Origin: an uncultured Spirochaetota bacterium | GTDB taxonomy: Bacteria > Spirochaetota > UBA4802 > UBA5550 | DNA length: 64,000 nt | Direction of reading: 5' to 3' | NCBI GenBank assembly: GCA_963827275.1 | Contig: CAWHAA010000005.1 | Span: forward strand, 704,001 to 768,000 | Shown: positions 10,255 to 21,315 of the stretch, piece after piece | Numbering within the stretch: the stretch's first letter is position 1 | Layout of the letters: the number at the start of each line of letters is the position of its first letter | Notes under the pieces: generated by a model | What the model was told of the DNA's origin: nothing | The model's database searches: none | Seen by the model: only the letters and a program-made list of their open reading frames with translations | Program-made: the position numbers and the translations under genes

Positions 10255-10803
10255 ATGGACCGTAAGGATGGAGCGCGCGAGTATTTCAACAAGCTGAAGA
10301 TCGTTGAGAAGTTCTGCTCGGGCGACATCGAGACCGCCAAGAAGATCATGAAGGGCGAATTCGCCGATATCGTGGTCATCAAGGGCCGATTCAAGGACGG
10401 CGACGAGGAAAATTTCGGCCTCTTCGTGGTGTTCCTCAGCCGGCTGAGCCGCTCAGTCGTGAGCACGCGGTCGGTCATCTCCCGCACCGAGTCAGTGTTC
10501 CATCACAAGCCGTTCGACTCATGGAAGAATTTCCTGAGCAAGATCGAAAAAGAGACCAGCGAAGCCGAGGTTGACGCGGAGAGGATCAAGACACTGGACG
10601 CCGTGCTGGGCCGCCTCGGAGAGCTCAAGTTCTTCGTCAGCGTCTTCGAGTGGATCGACAAAAACGACATCATGAACCTCACCGACAAGTTCGAGAAGAT
10701 CGTCAACAACGTCCTCGGCATAAGCGATTCGCACGTGGTCCTCGACTTCGAGAACATCACCTCCCTCGCGCTCTACGAGGAGAAGGGGATAAAGCCCCTC
10801 TAG
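10255..10803 (+). CDS. hypothetical protein
   Basis: 182 aa ORF, GGGGAG RBS, natural composition. Confidence 0.75.
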   Translation: MDRKDGAREYFNKLKIVEKFCSGDIETAKKIMKGEFADIVVIKGRFKDGDEENFGLFVVFLSRLSRSVVSTRSVISRTESVFHHKPFDSWKNFLSKIEKETSEAEVDAERIKTLDAVLGRLGELKFFVSVFEWIDKNDIMNLTDKFEKIVNNVLGISDSHVVLDFENITSLALYEEKGIKPL

Positions 10804-10817
10804 CCCATGTGTGCGCA

Positions 10818-11270
10818 ATGCGGATAATCGTTGACGCGGATTCATGCCCGGTCGTGATCAAGGAGATACTCTACCGGGCGGCGGAACGCGTCCGCGTCCC
10901 CCTGGTCCTCGTGGCAAACCAGCGCCTGGCGGTCCCGGATTCGGCATACATCTCATGTATTGAAGTCCCCGCAGGTCCCGATGTCGCGGATGACCGCATC
11001 GCCATGATGGCGGCGGCGGAGGACCTTGTCATTACCGCCGACCTGCCCCTCGCGGACCGCGTTGTCCGTAAGGGCGCCTGCGCGCTCAATCCCCGGGGCG
11101 AGCTGTACACGGCAGCGAACATAAAGGACCGCCTCGCCACGCGCGACCTGATGGAGGTCCTGAGAAACAGCGGCGTGGATACGGGCGGGCCCTCCGCCTT
11201 CAGCATGAGAGACCGCCAGTCCTTTGCCGGTCAGCTGGACCGCTTCCTTGTGAAACATGGCCATAGATGA
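10818..11270 (+). CDS. YaiI/YqxD (DUF188) family protein
   Basis: [33 protein letters not shown]. Confidence 0.92.
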   Translation: MRIIVDADSCPVVIKEILYRAAERVRVPLVLVANQRLAVPDSAYISCIEVPAGPDVADDRIAMMAAAEDLVITADLPLADRVVRKGACALNPRGELYTAANIKDRLATRDLMEVLRNSGVDTGGPSAFSMRDRQSFAGQLDRFLVKHGHR

Positions 11271-11283
11271 AGGGAGGCGCTTC

Positions 11284-11421
11284 ATGAAAAAGATGATGAT
11301 ACCGAAAATCCAGTACATCACCCATGACCGGGGCGCCGACCAGATGGGCCTCTTCTTCCCTGACATCGACAAGCGCAGGGACCTCCCCGGCGGCAAGGGA
11401 TGGGCGGCGGCGAGCCTGTAA
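11284..11421 (+). CDS. possible 45 aa small protein
   Basis: GGGAGG RBS upstream of the ATG; GC3-biased codons; below the ORF-track cutoff. Confidence 0.35.
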   Translation: MKKMMIPKIQYITHDRGADQMGLFFPDIDKRRDLPGGKGWAAASL

Positions 11422-11494
11422 GGTGCGCATGGCGCATTATGCTTGCCATCGGCGGCAGGATGGCTTTGTGTGACAGAGGAGAGAATTTCTGACG

Positions 11495-12553
11495 ATGCCT
11501 GCCATTCGCGAAATACAGCCCGGGATATTCCTTGTCAGGGAGCGGGGCGGCTGGGGCCCCCTGCGGCCGCAGATGAACATCTATGTCCTCACCGGTGACG
11601 AGGGGCTTGTGTATGATGCCGGTTACGGCACCAGGGGGTCCGTGCGGCACCTCGCCAGGGAGGTCCGGCGCATAGAAAACCACTGCCGGGACCGCGGCGA
11701 GCCATGTTCAATCACGCGGGTACTGCCCAGCCATGTCCACCCGGACCATTTCTCCGGTCTCGCGGGGCTCAGGGAAGAGCTCGGCCTGCGCATCCTGCTC
11801 ACCCGCCGCATGGCGGCAACGATCCGTTCCAGGGACGCCTACCGCGATTCCTACCGGGACTTCACCGGGGAGGAGGCCTGCGGCCTGAGGCGCATCGTCC
11901 GGGAGCGCATCACCGGCCCGGCCGCGTCCCGCTTTTACGAGGCGCTGTACGGGACCAGGTTCGTCGCCGCTCCCGACGAGATTATCGGCGACAGCGGCGC
12001 GATCGCTGCCGGGGGCAGGACCTGGCGCATCATCGCCACTCCCGGGCATTCGCCTGACCACCTGTCCCTGTACGATGAGGCGTCAGGAGTGCTCCTGGGC
12101 GGGGACAACGTCCTCAGCGGCATCACTACCTGGCTCGGGCCGCCCAAGTCCGACATTGCGATCTACCTGCGCACCCTGGAACGCCTGCGCGCCCTCCCCG
12201 GCCTGCGCCTGATCCTGGGAGCGCACGGGGGCCCGGTCGAGGACCCCGGTGCGCGTATAGCTGAAATCATCCAGTGGCGCGCCCGGCGTCTCGAACACGT
12301 GTACGACGCGGTCAGGGCAAGCGGCACCGCGGGGACCGGCAAGCGGGAAGTGATACGCGCTCTCTACAGGGGGGAAGGCTTTATGAAACGTTTTATGGCG
12401 GACGGCTGGATCGACCTTTCGCTCCGCTGCCTGATTGAAGACGGGCGCATCAGGGAACTGTCCCGGGGAAGGTACGGCGCCGGCCGGTCCTGCCGCCAGG
12501 GGCCTGCTTCATGTACGCAAGCGGGGCCTACAGGATCTCGTAACAGGTCTTGA
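11495..12553 (+). CDS. MBL-fold metallo-hydrolase
   Basis: SHVHPDHFSG, TPGHSPDH, GD and GAHG motifs. Confidence 0.9.
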   Translation: MPAIREIQPGIFLVRERGGWGPLRPQMNIYVLTGDEGLVYDAGYGTRGSVRHLAREVRRIENHCRDRGEPCSITRVLPSHVHPDHFSGLAGLREELGLRILLTRRMAATIRSRDAYRDSYRDFTGEEACGLRRIVRERITGPAASRFYEALYGTRFVAAPDEIIGDSGAIAAGGRTWRIIATPGHSPDHLSLYDEASGVLLGGDNVLSGITTWLGPPKSDIAIYLRTLERLRALPGLRLILGAHGGPVEDPGARIAEIIQWRARRLEHVYDAVRASGTAGTGKREVIRALYRGEGFMKRFMADGWIDLSLRCLIEDGRIRELSRGRYGAGRSCRQGPASCTQAGPTGSRNRS

Positions 12554-12818
12554 TGTCCAGTCCCGGCTCGAGCAGGGGAAACAGCTTCTCCAGGGTCTTC
12601 GGCAGGTTCTCGGAATGGATTTTCAGCGCATCCTTGTCGCGGTATTTTTCATAGATCAGTATGGCGTGGTCGTCGCCGCGGACCTTGTGCGGGATGTAGG
12701 CGAGGCACCCGGGCTCCGATTCTTTCAGCTTCGGAACGACATTTTTCAGTATCTCCACGGCTTCGTCCATTTTCCCGTTCTTGACGTTTAATTTCGCGAT
12801 CAATGTAATCATCGTCAT
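12528..12818 (-). CDS. ABM (antibiotic biosynthesis monooxygenase) family protein
   Basis: EPGCLAY, YEKYRDKDALKIH. Confidence 0.88.
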   Translation of the reverse strand: MTMITLIAKLNVKNGKMDEAVEILKNVVPKLKESEPGCLAYIPHKVRGDDHAILIYEKYRDKDALKIHSENLPKTLEKLFPLLEPGLDIKTCYEIL

Positions 12819-12926
12819 CCCCCAGGGGTGGTTTCAAATATTCTTATCAAACATGGAAAATACGCGCGGAATTGCAAACAAGAAATTGTTCCGGAACGGA
12901 ATTATTGTGCGGCCGGAGGCGGGCCG

Positions 12927-14180
12927 TCATGACGCTGCCGCCGTCCCCGCCGCGTACCCGGTGCTCCAGCAGACCTGGAGGTTGTACCCGCCCGTGGGCC
13001 CGTCAATATCGATGATCTCGCCGGCGAAATAGAGGTTTTCGACGAGGCGCGAGCGCATGGTGCGCATGTCGATCTCGTCGAGCGATACGCCGCCCGCGGT
13101 CACGATGGCGCTGTCATAGCCGTCGAGCCCGGCCACCCCGGTACGGAGGTCTTTTAAAAGGCCGACGAGCCTCTTCCGCTCGTCGCGCGCCAGGTGGCTC
13201 ACGCTCTTCAGCGGGTCGATACCGGCAAGGCGCACGACCACCGGGATGAGGGACGCGGGCAGGAGCCGCCCGAGGCTGTTCTTGAATTGCCGCGTCGGAT
13301 TTTCGCCGAAGTCCCGGCGTATCCGCGCGTCAAGCGCGGCGTGGTCGAGCGCGGGCTTCAGGTCAATCGAGAGCTCGAGCTTCGCGGGAAGGAGCTCGCC
13401 GATCACGCGGCTCAGGTCGAGCAGTACCGGTCCGCTCATGCCGTTGGACGTGAAGAGCGCCTCGCCGAACTCGCGCGCCGCGGTCCTGCCGTCGCGGATG
13501 ACCGACACCGATACGTTCTTGAGGCTCAGCCCCTCGAGCTCCGCGATCCATGCCTCGCGGAGCCTGACCGGCACCAGTGACGGCCGCGGCGGGACGACGG
13601 TGTGACCGAGCGCGCGGGCTATGGCGAAGCCGGCCCCGGTCGATCCGGTTGCGGGGTAGGAAAGCCCCCCGGTGCAGAGAATAAAGCGGCCGGCCTCGAC
13701 CGTCCCATGGTCGGTGATGGCCCGCGATACCAGGTCTCCGCCCCGTATCATCTCCCGTATATCGAATCCGTCCTTTACCCGCACGCCGTTTTCCTTCATG
13801 TAGTCGCGCAGCACCCGCACCACGTCGGCCGCGCTGTCGGAGACGGGGAACACGCGGTTCCCGCGCTCCACCTTGAGCGGGAGGCCGCGCTCCGAAAAAA
13901 AATTCATGGCGTCCTCCACCCCGAAGGCGTGCAGGACTGAATTCAGGTACCGCCCCTTTTTCCCGAAATGATCGAGGAAGGTACGCACATTGTAATCGGC
14001 ATTGGTGATGTTGCACCGCCCCTTCCCGGTCAGGAGGAGCTTCCTGCCGGGACGGCTGTTTTTTTCAAGGAGCACGACGCCGGCGCCCAGCCGCGCCGCG
14101 GTCCCCGCGGCCATCATGCCCGCCGGGCCGCCCCCGATCACCGCGACATCGCAGGTGATGATTGCTGAATCAGACGACAT
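12927..14180 (-). CDS. HI0933/BaiN-family flavoprotein
   Basis: GGGPAGMMAA, GRKLLLTGKGRCNITN, GEALFT..GMSGP, TGGYNLQ. Confidence 0.95.
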   Translation of the reverse strand: MSSDSAIITCDVAVIGGGPAGMMAAGTAARLGAGVVLLEKNSRPGRKLLLTGKGRCNITNADYNVRTFLDHFGKKGRYLNSVLHAFGVEDAMNFFSERGLPLKVERGNRVFPVSDSAADVVRVLRDYMKENGVRVKDGFDIREMIRGGDLVSRAITDHGTVEAGRFILCTGGLSYPATGSTGAGFAIARALGHTVVPPRPSLVPVRLREAWIAELEGLSLKNVSVSVIRDGRTAAREFGEALFTSNGMSGPVLLDLSRVIGELLPAKLELSIDLKPALDHAALDARIRRDFGENPTRQFKNSLGRLLPASLIPVVVRLAGIDPLKSVSHLARDERKRLVGLLKDLRTGVAGLDGYDSAIVTAGGVSLDEIDMRTMRSRLVENLYFAGEIIDIDGPTGGYNLQVCWSTGYAAGTAAAS

Positions 14181-14341
14181 ACTGCTGTTCTCCCGCGGGT
14201 AGTGAACATCACAGATCACGGCGATGACAACCCTATTTTGCATCATAATAAAAATTTTATCTCACCATAAACGCCATGGCCGGCACCTCTGACACAAAAA
14301 GTTCTTGAATTGCATTCATACTGATTGTTACACCGTCTATC

Positions 14342-15208
14342 ATGGCACCGAAGATCAAAATGCGGAGTCAGTGCGCCGGGACTGCCGCGGCAACTGTCAT
14401 GGCTGCCGCCCTGGTCATGTGCGGATCAGCGACACCGGCCGGTGAGCCGTCCCCCGTGGACGAGGCGCTCATCTGGCTGCAGACAAAGAGCTATGAGCGT
14501 GAATACCGGAAGAACATGCGAAAGGCGGTCCTCCTTGAGCTCTATTTGTCCCAAACGAAGCCTGACCCCGGCATATGGACAAAAGAGTCACCCGTGCACC
14601 GGGACCGCCTGGCCGGATTCACGGCCGGCCTCCCCGGCGCGCCGAAGGGGGACACCATCGCGTTCGGGGATTCTCTGATAGACCTTACCAGGAACAGGCT
14701 CCGTTCGGTACCGAGCCGGCTTAATTTTGCTATCAGCGGCTCCTGGGCCAACCATATGGCGCAGATGGCGTCGGACATCCGGCCGGTCCTGGAGCGGACC
14801 GGCATCTACCGGTCCGTAGCGTATGTCGTCGTCGGGAGCCTGGGCGGGAACCCGCTCCTGATGCGCCAGCCGGTTGACCGGACGATAGAAGAAAGCCGCA
14901 AGGCCCTGGACACGATCCGGCGCCTCTACCCCGGGGCGCGAATCATCGTTTTCGGAATACCGCCGACAATAAGCATGTATGTCAACAGGAACGCCCTCTC
15001 CTTTGAAGCGGCACTCTACCGCTGGGTGCTCGCGGACCGCGATGCAGTCCTGCTCCCCCTCCAGCAGCGCTTCGCCGGACCCCTGGGGCTCTTCCCGAAG
15101 GCGATCATGTCAGTAGACGGTGTTCATTTCTCCGCGCAGGGCGCGGTTGAATTGGACCGACTCTTTGAAAAAGCAAAACATGCACCGCCGAAATCGCTCA
15201 TCGACTGA
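14342..15208 (+). CDS. SGNH/GDSL hydrolase, probable lipoprotein
   Basis: AFGDSL, AISGS, GGN, DGVHF blocks; signal peptide ending in Cys. Confidence 0.85.
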   Translation: MAPKIKMRSQCAGTAAATVMAAALVMCGSATPAGEPSPVDEALIWLQTKSYEREYRKNMRKAVLLELYLSQTKPDPGIWTKESPVHRDRLAGFTAGLPGAPKGDTIAFGDSLIDLTRNRLRSVPSRLNFAISGSWANHMAQMASDIRPVLERTGIYRSVAYVVVGSLGGNPLLMRQPVDRTIEESRKALDTIRRLYPGARIIVFGIPPTISMYVNRNALSFEAALYRWVLADRDAVLLPLQQRFAGPLGLFPKAIMSVDGVHFSAQGAVELDRLFEKAKHAPPKSLID

Positions 15209-15430
15209 ATTATCACCCTCAACTGGCCCTCTATAATTAAAATTATCACTTTCTGGCAGATCATCGATCCTGTTTATTTTCATCTTGATTTCTGATATAT
15301 CAGATATTGGCGTGATCCGGCCTATAATTATGTTATTATTTAACCAGTCGTTAAATAATTCGCAATATTTATACCGGCTGGACGGTTTAAATAGATATAA
15401 TTCAATTATTGATAACTATCATCGGAGGCA

Positions 15431-17041
15431 ATGAAAAAAATGAAGACGAAAGTATTAATGGTTTATCCCGAAATCCCGAACACCTTCTGGAACTTCCAAA
15501 GTTTAATGCCGGTCCTGGGCAAAAAGGCTATGTTCCCGCCCCTCGGGCTGCTGACCATCGCCGCACTCATGCCCGATAACTATGACATCAAGCTCATAGA
15601 CCTGAACGCGTACCCTCTCACGAAACTTGACGTAGAAGCAGCGGACCTGGTCTTCATATCGGCCATGGGCGTGCAGCAGGATTCATTCGTCAAGGTGGTG
15701 GACCTCTGTGCCGAATGCGGGAAGACCATGGTCGCGGGGGGCCCTCTCATCTGGTCGGCGCATGATCTCGGCGTGCTGAATATAGACAAGATTGACCACC
15801 TTGTGCTCAACGAGGCTGAAACGATCCTGCCGCAATTCCTCAAGGATTATGAAAACGGGACCGCCCGGCGCATCTATTCGACTTCCGAAAAGCCGGACAT
15901 GACGATGTCCCCTCTTCCCCGGTACGACCTGGTGGACCTGAACGACTATGCGATGGTCCCGGTCCAGTATTCACGCGGCTGCCCCTTCCAGTGTGAATTC
16001 TGCGACATCATCGAGATGAACGGCAGGCAGGTACGGACAAAAACCCCGGAACAGTTTTTACGCGAGCTCGACTTCATCCTTGACAGCGGGTACCGGGGCG
16101 AGGTGTTCATCGTTGACGACAATTTTATCGGGCACGTCCCCAAAACAAAAGCCATGCTCAGGAAGCTCCTTGAATGGCAGGAAGCGCATGAGTTTCCCTT
16201 TTATTTCATAACCCAGGTCAGCATTAACATGGCACACGATGAAGAGCTGCTGAACCTCGTCGCCGACACCAATTTCGGGATGGTCTTCGTAGGGATCGAG
16301 ACCCCGGACACAGCCACCCTGGCGAACATCAACAAAAACCAGAATGTCAAAGAGAACATGATTGAGAGCATAAAGCGGATCCAGTCTAAACGAATAATGG
16401 TCATGGGCGGCTTCATCATCGGGTTCGACACCGACACCGAGGACATCTTTGACCGGCAGATTGATTTTGTCCAGAAGGCGGGGATCCCGATCGCCATGGT
16501 GGGCCTGCTGGGGGCGATGCCGAACACGCAGCTCTACCGCCGCCTGAAAAAAGAGAACCGGATAATCGGTAACGGATGGCACTCCTACAACAACATCGAC
16601 CTGTGCCTGAACTTCACCCCGCGGATGGATGAGCAGACCCTCATCGAAGGGTACAAGCGGGTCATCGCGGAGATATACAGCCCGCGCCGCTGGTTCGAAC
16701 GCAACCTGAAGCTGCTGGAGCACTTTTCGCAGAAACCGTCGCCCCGCACGGTAAAGATTTTCAAGGATGACGCGACCCTCCGGCACAAGGTAACATGCAT
16801 CACGAAGGACCTGTTCTTCTTTTTAAAACAGATATTCTCCTCTTACGGACTTGAATATATCAGGTTCATGATACAGGCCAGGAAGGTCAACAGGGCAAAC
16901 TTCCTTTCCGGGGTCGCATTTGCCGGGACCTTCCCCCATTATCATTCTATCGCCAAAAGAATCATGGACAGCAAATATATCTTCAGGGACCGTAACGGGG
17001 AATGCCACAGTGTAACACATGAAGGAAAAATCGCGATATGA
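15431..17041 (+). CDS. B12-binding radical SAM protein (DUF4070/HpnP-like family)
   Basis: PPLGLLTIAA, SRGCPFQCEFC, VDDNFIG, VFVGIET, GGFIIGFDTD. Confidence 0.93.
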   Translation: MKKMKTKVLMVYPEIPNTFWNFQSLMPVLGKKAMFPPLGLLTIAALMPDNYDIKLIDLNAYPLTKLDVEAADLVFISAMGVQQDSFVKVVDLCAECGKTMVAGGPLIWSAHDLGVLNIDKIDHLVLNEAETILPQFLKDYENGTARRIYSTSEKPDMTMSPLPRYDLVDLNDYAMVPVQYSRGCPFQCEFCDIIEMNGRQVRTKTPEQFLRELDFILDSGYRGEVFIVDDNFIGHVPKTKAMLRKLLEWQEAHEFPFYFITQVSINMAHDEELLNLVADTNFGMVFVGIETPDTATLANINKNQNVKENMIESIKRIQSKRIMVMGGFIIGFDTDTEDIFDRQIDFVQKAGIPIAMVGLLGAMPNTQLYRRLKKENRIIGNGWHSYNNIDLCLNFTPRMDEQTLIEGYKRVIAEIYSPRRWFERNLKLLEHFSQKPSPRTVKIFKDDATLRHKVTCITKDLFFFLKQIFSSYGLEYIRFMIQARKVNRANFLSGVAFAGTFPHYHSIAKRIMDSKYIFRDRNGECHSVTHEGKIAI

Positions 17042-17177
17042 CCGGGGAACGGGCCGACGCGGGCATAATCGTCATGTAAAACCCGGACGGGTCATGATGA
17101 CAAAAAAACGCGCGGCGAACATGAGGTCCGCCGCGCATAACCCAGTTATCTGTAATATGCAGATACTCCACATCAGT

Positions 17178-18791
17178 TTAACGGCGTTCTTTCAGGTCCG
17201 AGTTAAACGTCCTGAAAAAAGCCCTGCCCAAACCGTACAGACCCTTGATGCGGTATACAAGGGTTTTCCCGTATAAAAAATTGACCACGCCGCGCACCCC
17301 TCCATATATGGCATGGCTGTGGGGATGCCACCAGAATTGTTTTCTCGCGAAAGGCAGGATGTCGTTCACAATCACCATCGGCTGGGTCATTTCGGCAAAG
17401 CCGATATCGCCGTGCGACCTGCCGATGCTGGATTGCTTGAACCCGCCCCACGGCGTCTCCGCCAGGCCGTGGCTCATCAGGTGGTCATTTATGGTCATGG
17501 CCCCGCTCTGTACTTCCCGGGCTATCTTCATGGCTTTCTTCCTGTTTTTCGACCATACCGAACCGGTCAGTCCAAGGTAGGAATCGTTGGCCAGCTCTAT
17601 CGCCTCTTCAATACTGTCCACCTTCATGACCGCAACGACCGGGCCGAATGTTTCATCTTTCATGGTGATCATATCATGATCAACATCGGTCAGCACGATG
17701 CAGGGCATGAAATTACCCTTGTGGTTTCGCGGGGGATCGGATTTTGCGAATATCGTGGCGCCTTTATCCAGTGCGTCCCTGATATGCGCTTCGACCGTTG
17801 CCATCTGGCGCTTTGTCGTGAGCGCGCCGATATCCGTGTCGAAATTCCTGTCCTCACCTACCACAAGGGATTCCACGCCCTGTTTGAGCAGGTCCAGGAA
17901 CCTGTCATACACGTTTTTATGCACATAGATCCGCTCAACGCCTCCGCATGACTGCCCGGCGTTCTGCATGCCGGCCCATATCGCCCCCATGGCCGCCCGG
18001 TGCAGGTCCGCATCCTCGCAGACGATCATCGGGTCGTTTCCGCCCAGCTCGAGCGAAAGCGGCGTCAGAGTCTCCGAGGCCTTTTTCATCAGATATTGGC
18101 CGACGGGCGTTGACCCGGTAAAAAACAGCTTGTCCACGCCTGATTCGAGGAACGCGTCGCCCGCGAGGCTCCCCGGCATGTTTATATAGGTGAACACCCC
18201 TTCCGGCAGCCCGGCGGACCCGATGCACTCTTTCAGCTTGTGGCCGACGGCCTGGGTTTCCGAAGCAGCCTTCAGGATGACCGCGTTGCCGGCAAGCAGC
18301 GCCATGATCACTTCCGAATAAGGGATCGCGAACGGATAGTTCCAGGGGGATATGATGCCGACGACGCCCCACGGGACGCGCACGATCTTGCTCCTCTTAA
18401 AAAAGAACATGATGTTGCCCAGGGGCAGTTTCCGGTCCTTCATGAATTTCGCGGCGTTTTTACAGTAGTACGTGGTGGCCATGGCGGTCGTCAATACGTC
18501 AGTCGTAAGGGCGTCCGTCCTCGTTTTTCCGTTGTCGCGCGATACGATCTCCGCGATCTCGTCCATATGCTCGACGATATAAGCGCGGATCTTCAAAATC
18601 ATCTTCGCCCGCTGCTTCACCGGGACCCTGGACCATTCTTTCTGCGCTTCCCGCGCCCGTTCAACGGCCCTGCGCACATCGCCCGCCGTGTTGACCTTGA
18701 ATTCCCCGATGATCTCCCCATTAGCCGGATTAATGCTGATCGTTCTAACGTCATCTATATTTATGACTTTTTTCTTCGGTGCTTCTGTCAT
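17178..18791 (-). CDS. aldehyde dehydrogenase
   Basis: ISPWNYP, FTGST, LELGGND, NAGQSC, ETFGPV. Confidence 0.96.
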   Translation of the reverse strand: MTEAPKKKVINIDDVRTISINPANGEIIGEFKVNTAGDVRRAVERAREAQKEWSRVPVKQRAKMILKIRAYIVEHMDEIAEIVSRDNGKTRTDALTTDVLTTAMATTYYCKNAAKFMKDRKLPLGNIMFFFKRSKIVRVPWGVVGIISPWNYPFAIPYSEVIMALLAGNAVILKAASETQAVGHKLKECIGSAGLPEGVFTYINMPGSLAGDAFLESGVDKLFFTGSTPVGQYLMKKASETLTPLSLELGGNDPMIVCEDADLHRAAMGAIWAGMQNAGQSCGGVERIYVHKNVYDRFLDLLKQGVESLVVGEDRNFDTDIGALTTKRQMATVEAHIRDALDKGATIFAKSDPPRNHKGNFMPCIVLTDVDHDMITMKDETFGPVVAVMKVDSIEEAIELANDSYLGLTGSVWSKNRKKAMKIAREVQSGAMTINDHLMSHGLAETPWGGFKQSSIGRSHGDIGFAEMTQPMVIVNDILPFARKQFWWHPHSHAIYGGVRGVVNFLYGKTLVYRIKGLYGLGRAFFRTFNSDLKERR

Positions 18792-18823
18792 GATCGACCT
18801 CCTCTTTTATGCATAGATATGAA

Positions 18824-20053
18824 TTAATACGCCGCCTTTAACAGCGCCAGGGCCTCTTCGTAGCTGACTTCAACGGGAGAAAACGCGATCGCGCCGTCAT
18901 TGATCGTCGCCTGTGCGATGCCGGGAAGCTTATCCTCCGTTACGCCCGCCTGGCCCAGCTTCACCGGGAGGCCGCAGATCCTGTTCAGGTTGGCGGTCAT
19001 GTCGCGTATCGCCTTCACCGCAGCCTGCGCTCTTTCCCTGGCCGGGACCTTCACATATTCTTCCGGACCGGCAAGCGGCAGCAACAGGTTCTCGATGCTC
19101 TTTTTCAGGTGCAGGGCTTTCCTGGCTTCACCTGACTTCCTTATATAGAACTCAAGCCCGAACGGCAGCATGATGGAATTCGCCACGCCGTGCGGCACGT
19201 GGCAGACCCCGCCCGCCGCATGCGCCGCAGCATGGACAATCCCGACCATGGAGTTGGAGAAGGCGAGCCCCGCCAGGAGCGCCGCATTGGACATGGCGAG
19301 CCGCGCCTCCCTGTCGCCACCGCTCTTGACCGCGGTAACGACGTGCTTCCTGATGAGCTCGATCGCTGCGGCGGCAAAGGCGTCGCTTACCGGGTTCTTC
19401 TGGGGGCCGATATAGGACTCAACCGCGTGGGTCAGCGCGTCCATCGCCGTTGCTGCCGTGATCTTCGGCGGCATGCTCATCGTCATCCGGGGATCGAGGA
19501 CGGCGAACTTCGGCAGCATCAGGGCGGAGGTGAACTGCATCTTGACGTTTTTCGCCGGGTTTGCTATGACCGCGGCCATGGTCACTTCTGAACCGGTGCC
19601 GGCCGTCGTAGGTATGACGATAAACGGCTTCTGGGGCTTTGTCAGCCGGTTGTTTCCCATTAATTTCAGGAGGTCGTCGGTATCCTCGGAAATGACGATA
19701 TTGACGCCCTTTGCCGTATCAATCGCGGAACCGCCGCCGACGGCAATAATGGAGTCGCACCCTTTCCTGCGAAAAATTTCGGCTATTTCGTCAACAACGA
19801 CATTTGAGGAATCGACCGGGGTGTCATCATAGATGGCGCCTATCGTTGCCTTTGTGCCCTGAAAGCTTTTAACGACATGCTTGATCAGCCCGGCCTTGAC
19901 GATCCCCTTGTCGGTGATGATGATAGGCTTTTTCGCACCGAGCTGGCCGAGCTCGTACGGAATATTCTCCAGGGCCTTGTATCCTGAAATAACTTTTACT
20001 GAATTAAAAAATTCATAGTATTCCGGCAATGTATTATCATTAATGAAAAACAT
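18824..20053 (-). CDS. iron-containing alcohol dehydrogenase
   Basis: GGGSAIDTAK, PTTAGTGSE, DALTHAVE, HAAAH..G..HVPHG. Confidence 0.96.
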   Translation of the reverse strand: MFFINDNTLPEYYEFFNSVKVISGYKALENIPYELGQLGAKKPIIITDKGIVKAGLIKHVVKSFQGTKATIGAIYDDTPVDSSNVVVDEIAEIFRRKGCDSIIAVGGGSAIDTAKGVNIVISEDTDDLLKLMGNNRLTKPQKPFIVIPTTAGTGSEVTMAAVIANPAKNVKMQFTSALMLPKFAVLDPRMTMSMPPKITAATAMDALTHAVESYIGPQKNPVSDAFAAAAIELIRKHVVTAVKSGGDREARLAMSNAALLAGLAFSNSMVGIVHAAAHAAGGVCHVPHGVANSIMLPFGLEFYIRKSGEARKALHLKKSIENLLLPLAGPEEYVKVPARERAQAAVKAIRDMTANLNRICGLPVKLGQAGVTEDKLPGIAQATINDGAIAFSPVEVSYEEALALLKAAY

Positions 20054-20136
20054 ATTGTGTCGCTCCCTTTATGAAAAATTTACATGCGTCCCCGCACAGA
20101 GTTTTTGTAATTACATCGAGTATATTGTCGCTCTAC

Positions 20137-20679
20137 TTATTTAAAGGCCGAGAGCCCGAAGATATTGATATACGCCACCACCCGGTTTAGCATTGTTCTG
20201 ACGCTCAACCGGGGCACCTTTTTAATGTAGAACCGCACAATCGTATTGGGGAACAATAACGTCTGCGCGATATTCAAGATCCTGATCATGGTCATCATGC
20301 AGGCAAGGTCACCTTTTACATACTGCCGGTAATGGTAGCCAAGGTTCGGCGTACTGATCCTTCCGGTCATGGCGAGATAGGTGTATTCAAGATTTTTAAA
20401 CCGGAGCTCAAGGTCCGGATTGATCTTCTCGTTGACGACCCTGAGGTATTTCATCCTGCCCCCCCTCTTCTGCACTGTCGCGCCGGGGCCGTCATGAATC
20501 CCGATAGTGAAGGTGAACGGGTCCGGCAGTGATACCATCTCCTTTTGTGCTCTCGGATCAAGGTTACACGCTTCCTGTATCCCCAGGCCCAGCAGGTAGA
20601 GCGTAATCCTGACAAGGGTTGATTTAAACCAGCTTCCTTCTCCGGGAGGAATCTCCTGGAACTCTTTCTTTTTTTTCAT
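20137..20679 (-). CDS. hypothetical protein, SCP2-like lipid-binding fold
   Basis: PDLELRFKN...VKGDLA pattern typical of SCP2 folds; first gene of the ADH/ALDH operon. Confidence 0.6.
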   Translation of the reverse strand: MKKKKEFQEIPPGEGSWFKSTLVRITLYLLGLGIQEACNLDPRAQKEMVSLPDPFTFTIGIHDGPGATVQKRGGRMKYLRVVNEKINPDLELRFKNLEYTYLAMTGRISTPNLGYHYRQYVKGDLACMMTMIRILNIAQTLLFPNTIVRFYIKKVPRLSVRTMLNRVVAYINIFGLSAFK

Positions 20680-21315
20680 TCGCCACCCCCCTCTCTTCTT
20701 GATATAATGTTATAAATAATGAGGCATTTTATTTAATCGCATGGCGCGTTTGTTGCTATTCCCATCAGAAGCCTCGACCATAATACACTGTTATCATTAA
20801 AACCGTCTGGACCGATTTTTTACATGAAAGATCAAAGTACAACTATAATTTACCTAATGTTAAAATTTTTTTCAATTTTTTCGTTATTATTTGTTATTTA
20901 AAGTTATTTTATGTAATTATTAGTAGTTTTTTATATTAATATAAATCAAAACATTAACATTTACTTTAAATTCAAGGCCGATTACTTGACAATTTTTTAA
21001 TATTGTTAATAAATACACGGCCTTCAATTCCAAAACCCATATCTTAATCCATACATTGCGTGATACTGTGACCATATCACCTTATTACCATCCAACTCTG
21101 AAATAATGTCCGCTTTCATTATCAGATGTGAAGGCTGGCGGGTTGACAATGAAACATGATGGTAATTTTCATGGATCAGATGAAGCCCTGCTCGCCATTG
21201 GCCGTATCCATATGATTACCGCAGTGTAAAATTTCCCCACCGCCGCTATTTTATATTGACATCATCAATCCTCCGCATTACCTCCTGATTACCATAAGAG
21301 GAGAGACCGCGACGC

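Noticed and set aside
20680..21315. ncRNA or origin in the long AT-rich spacer
   Set aside because: No DnaA-box cluster or known RNA motif seen; consistent with divergent promoters.
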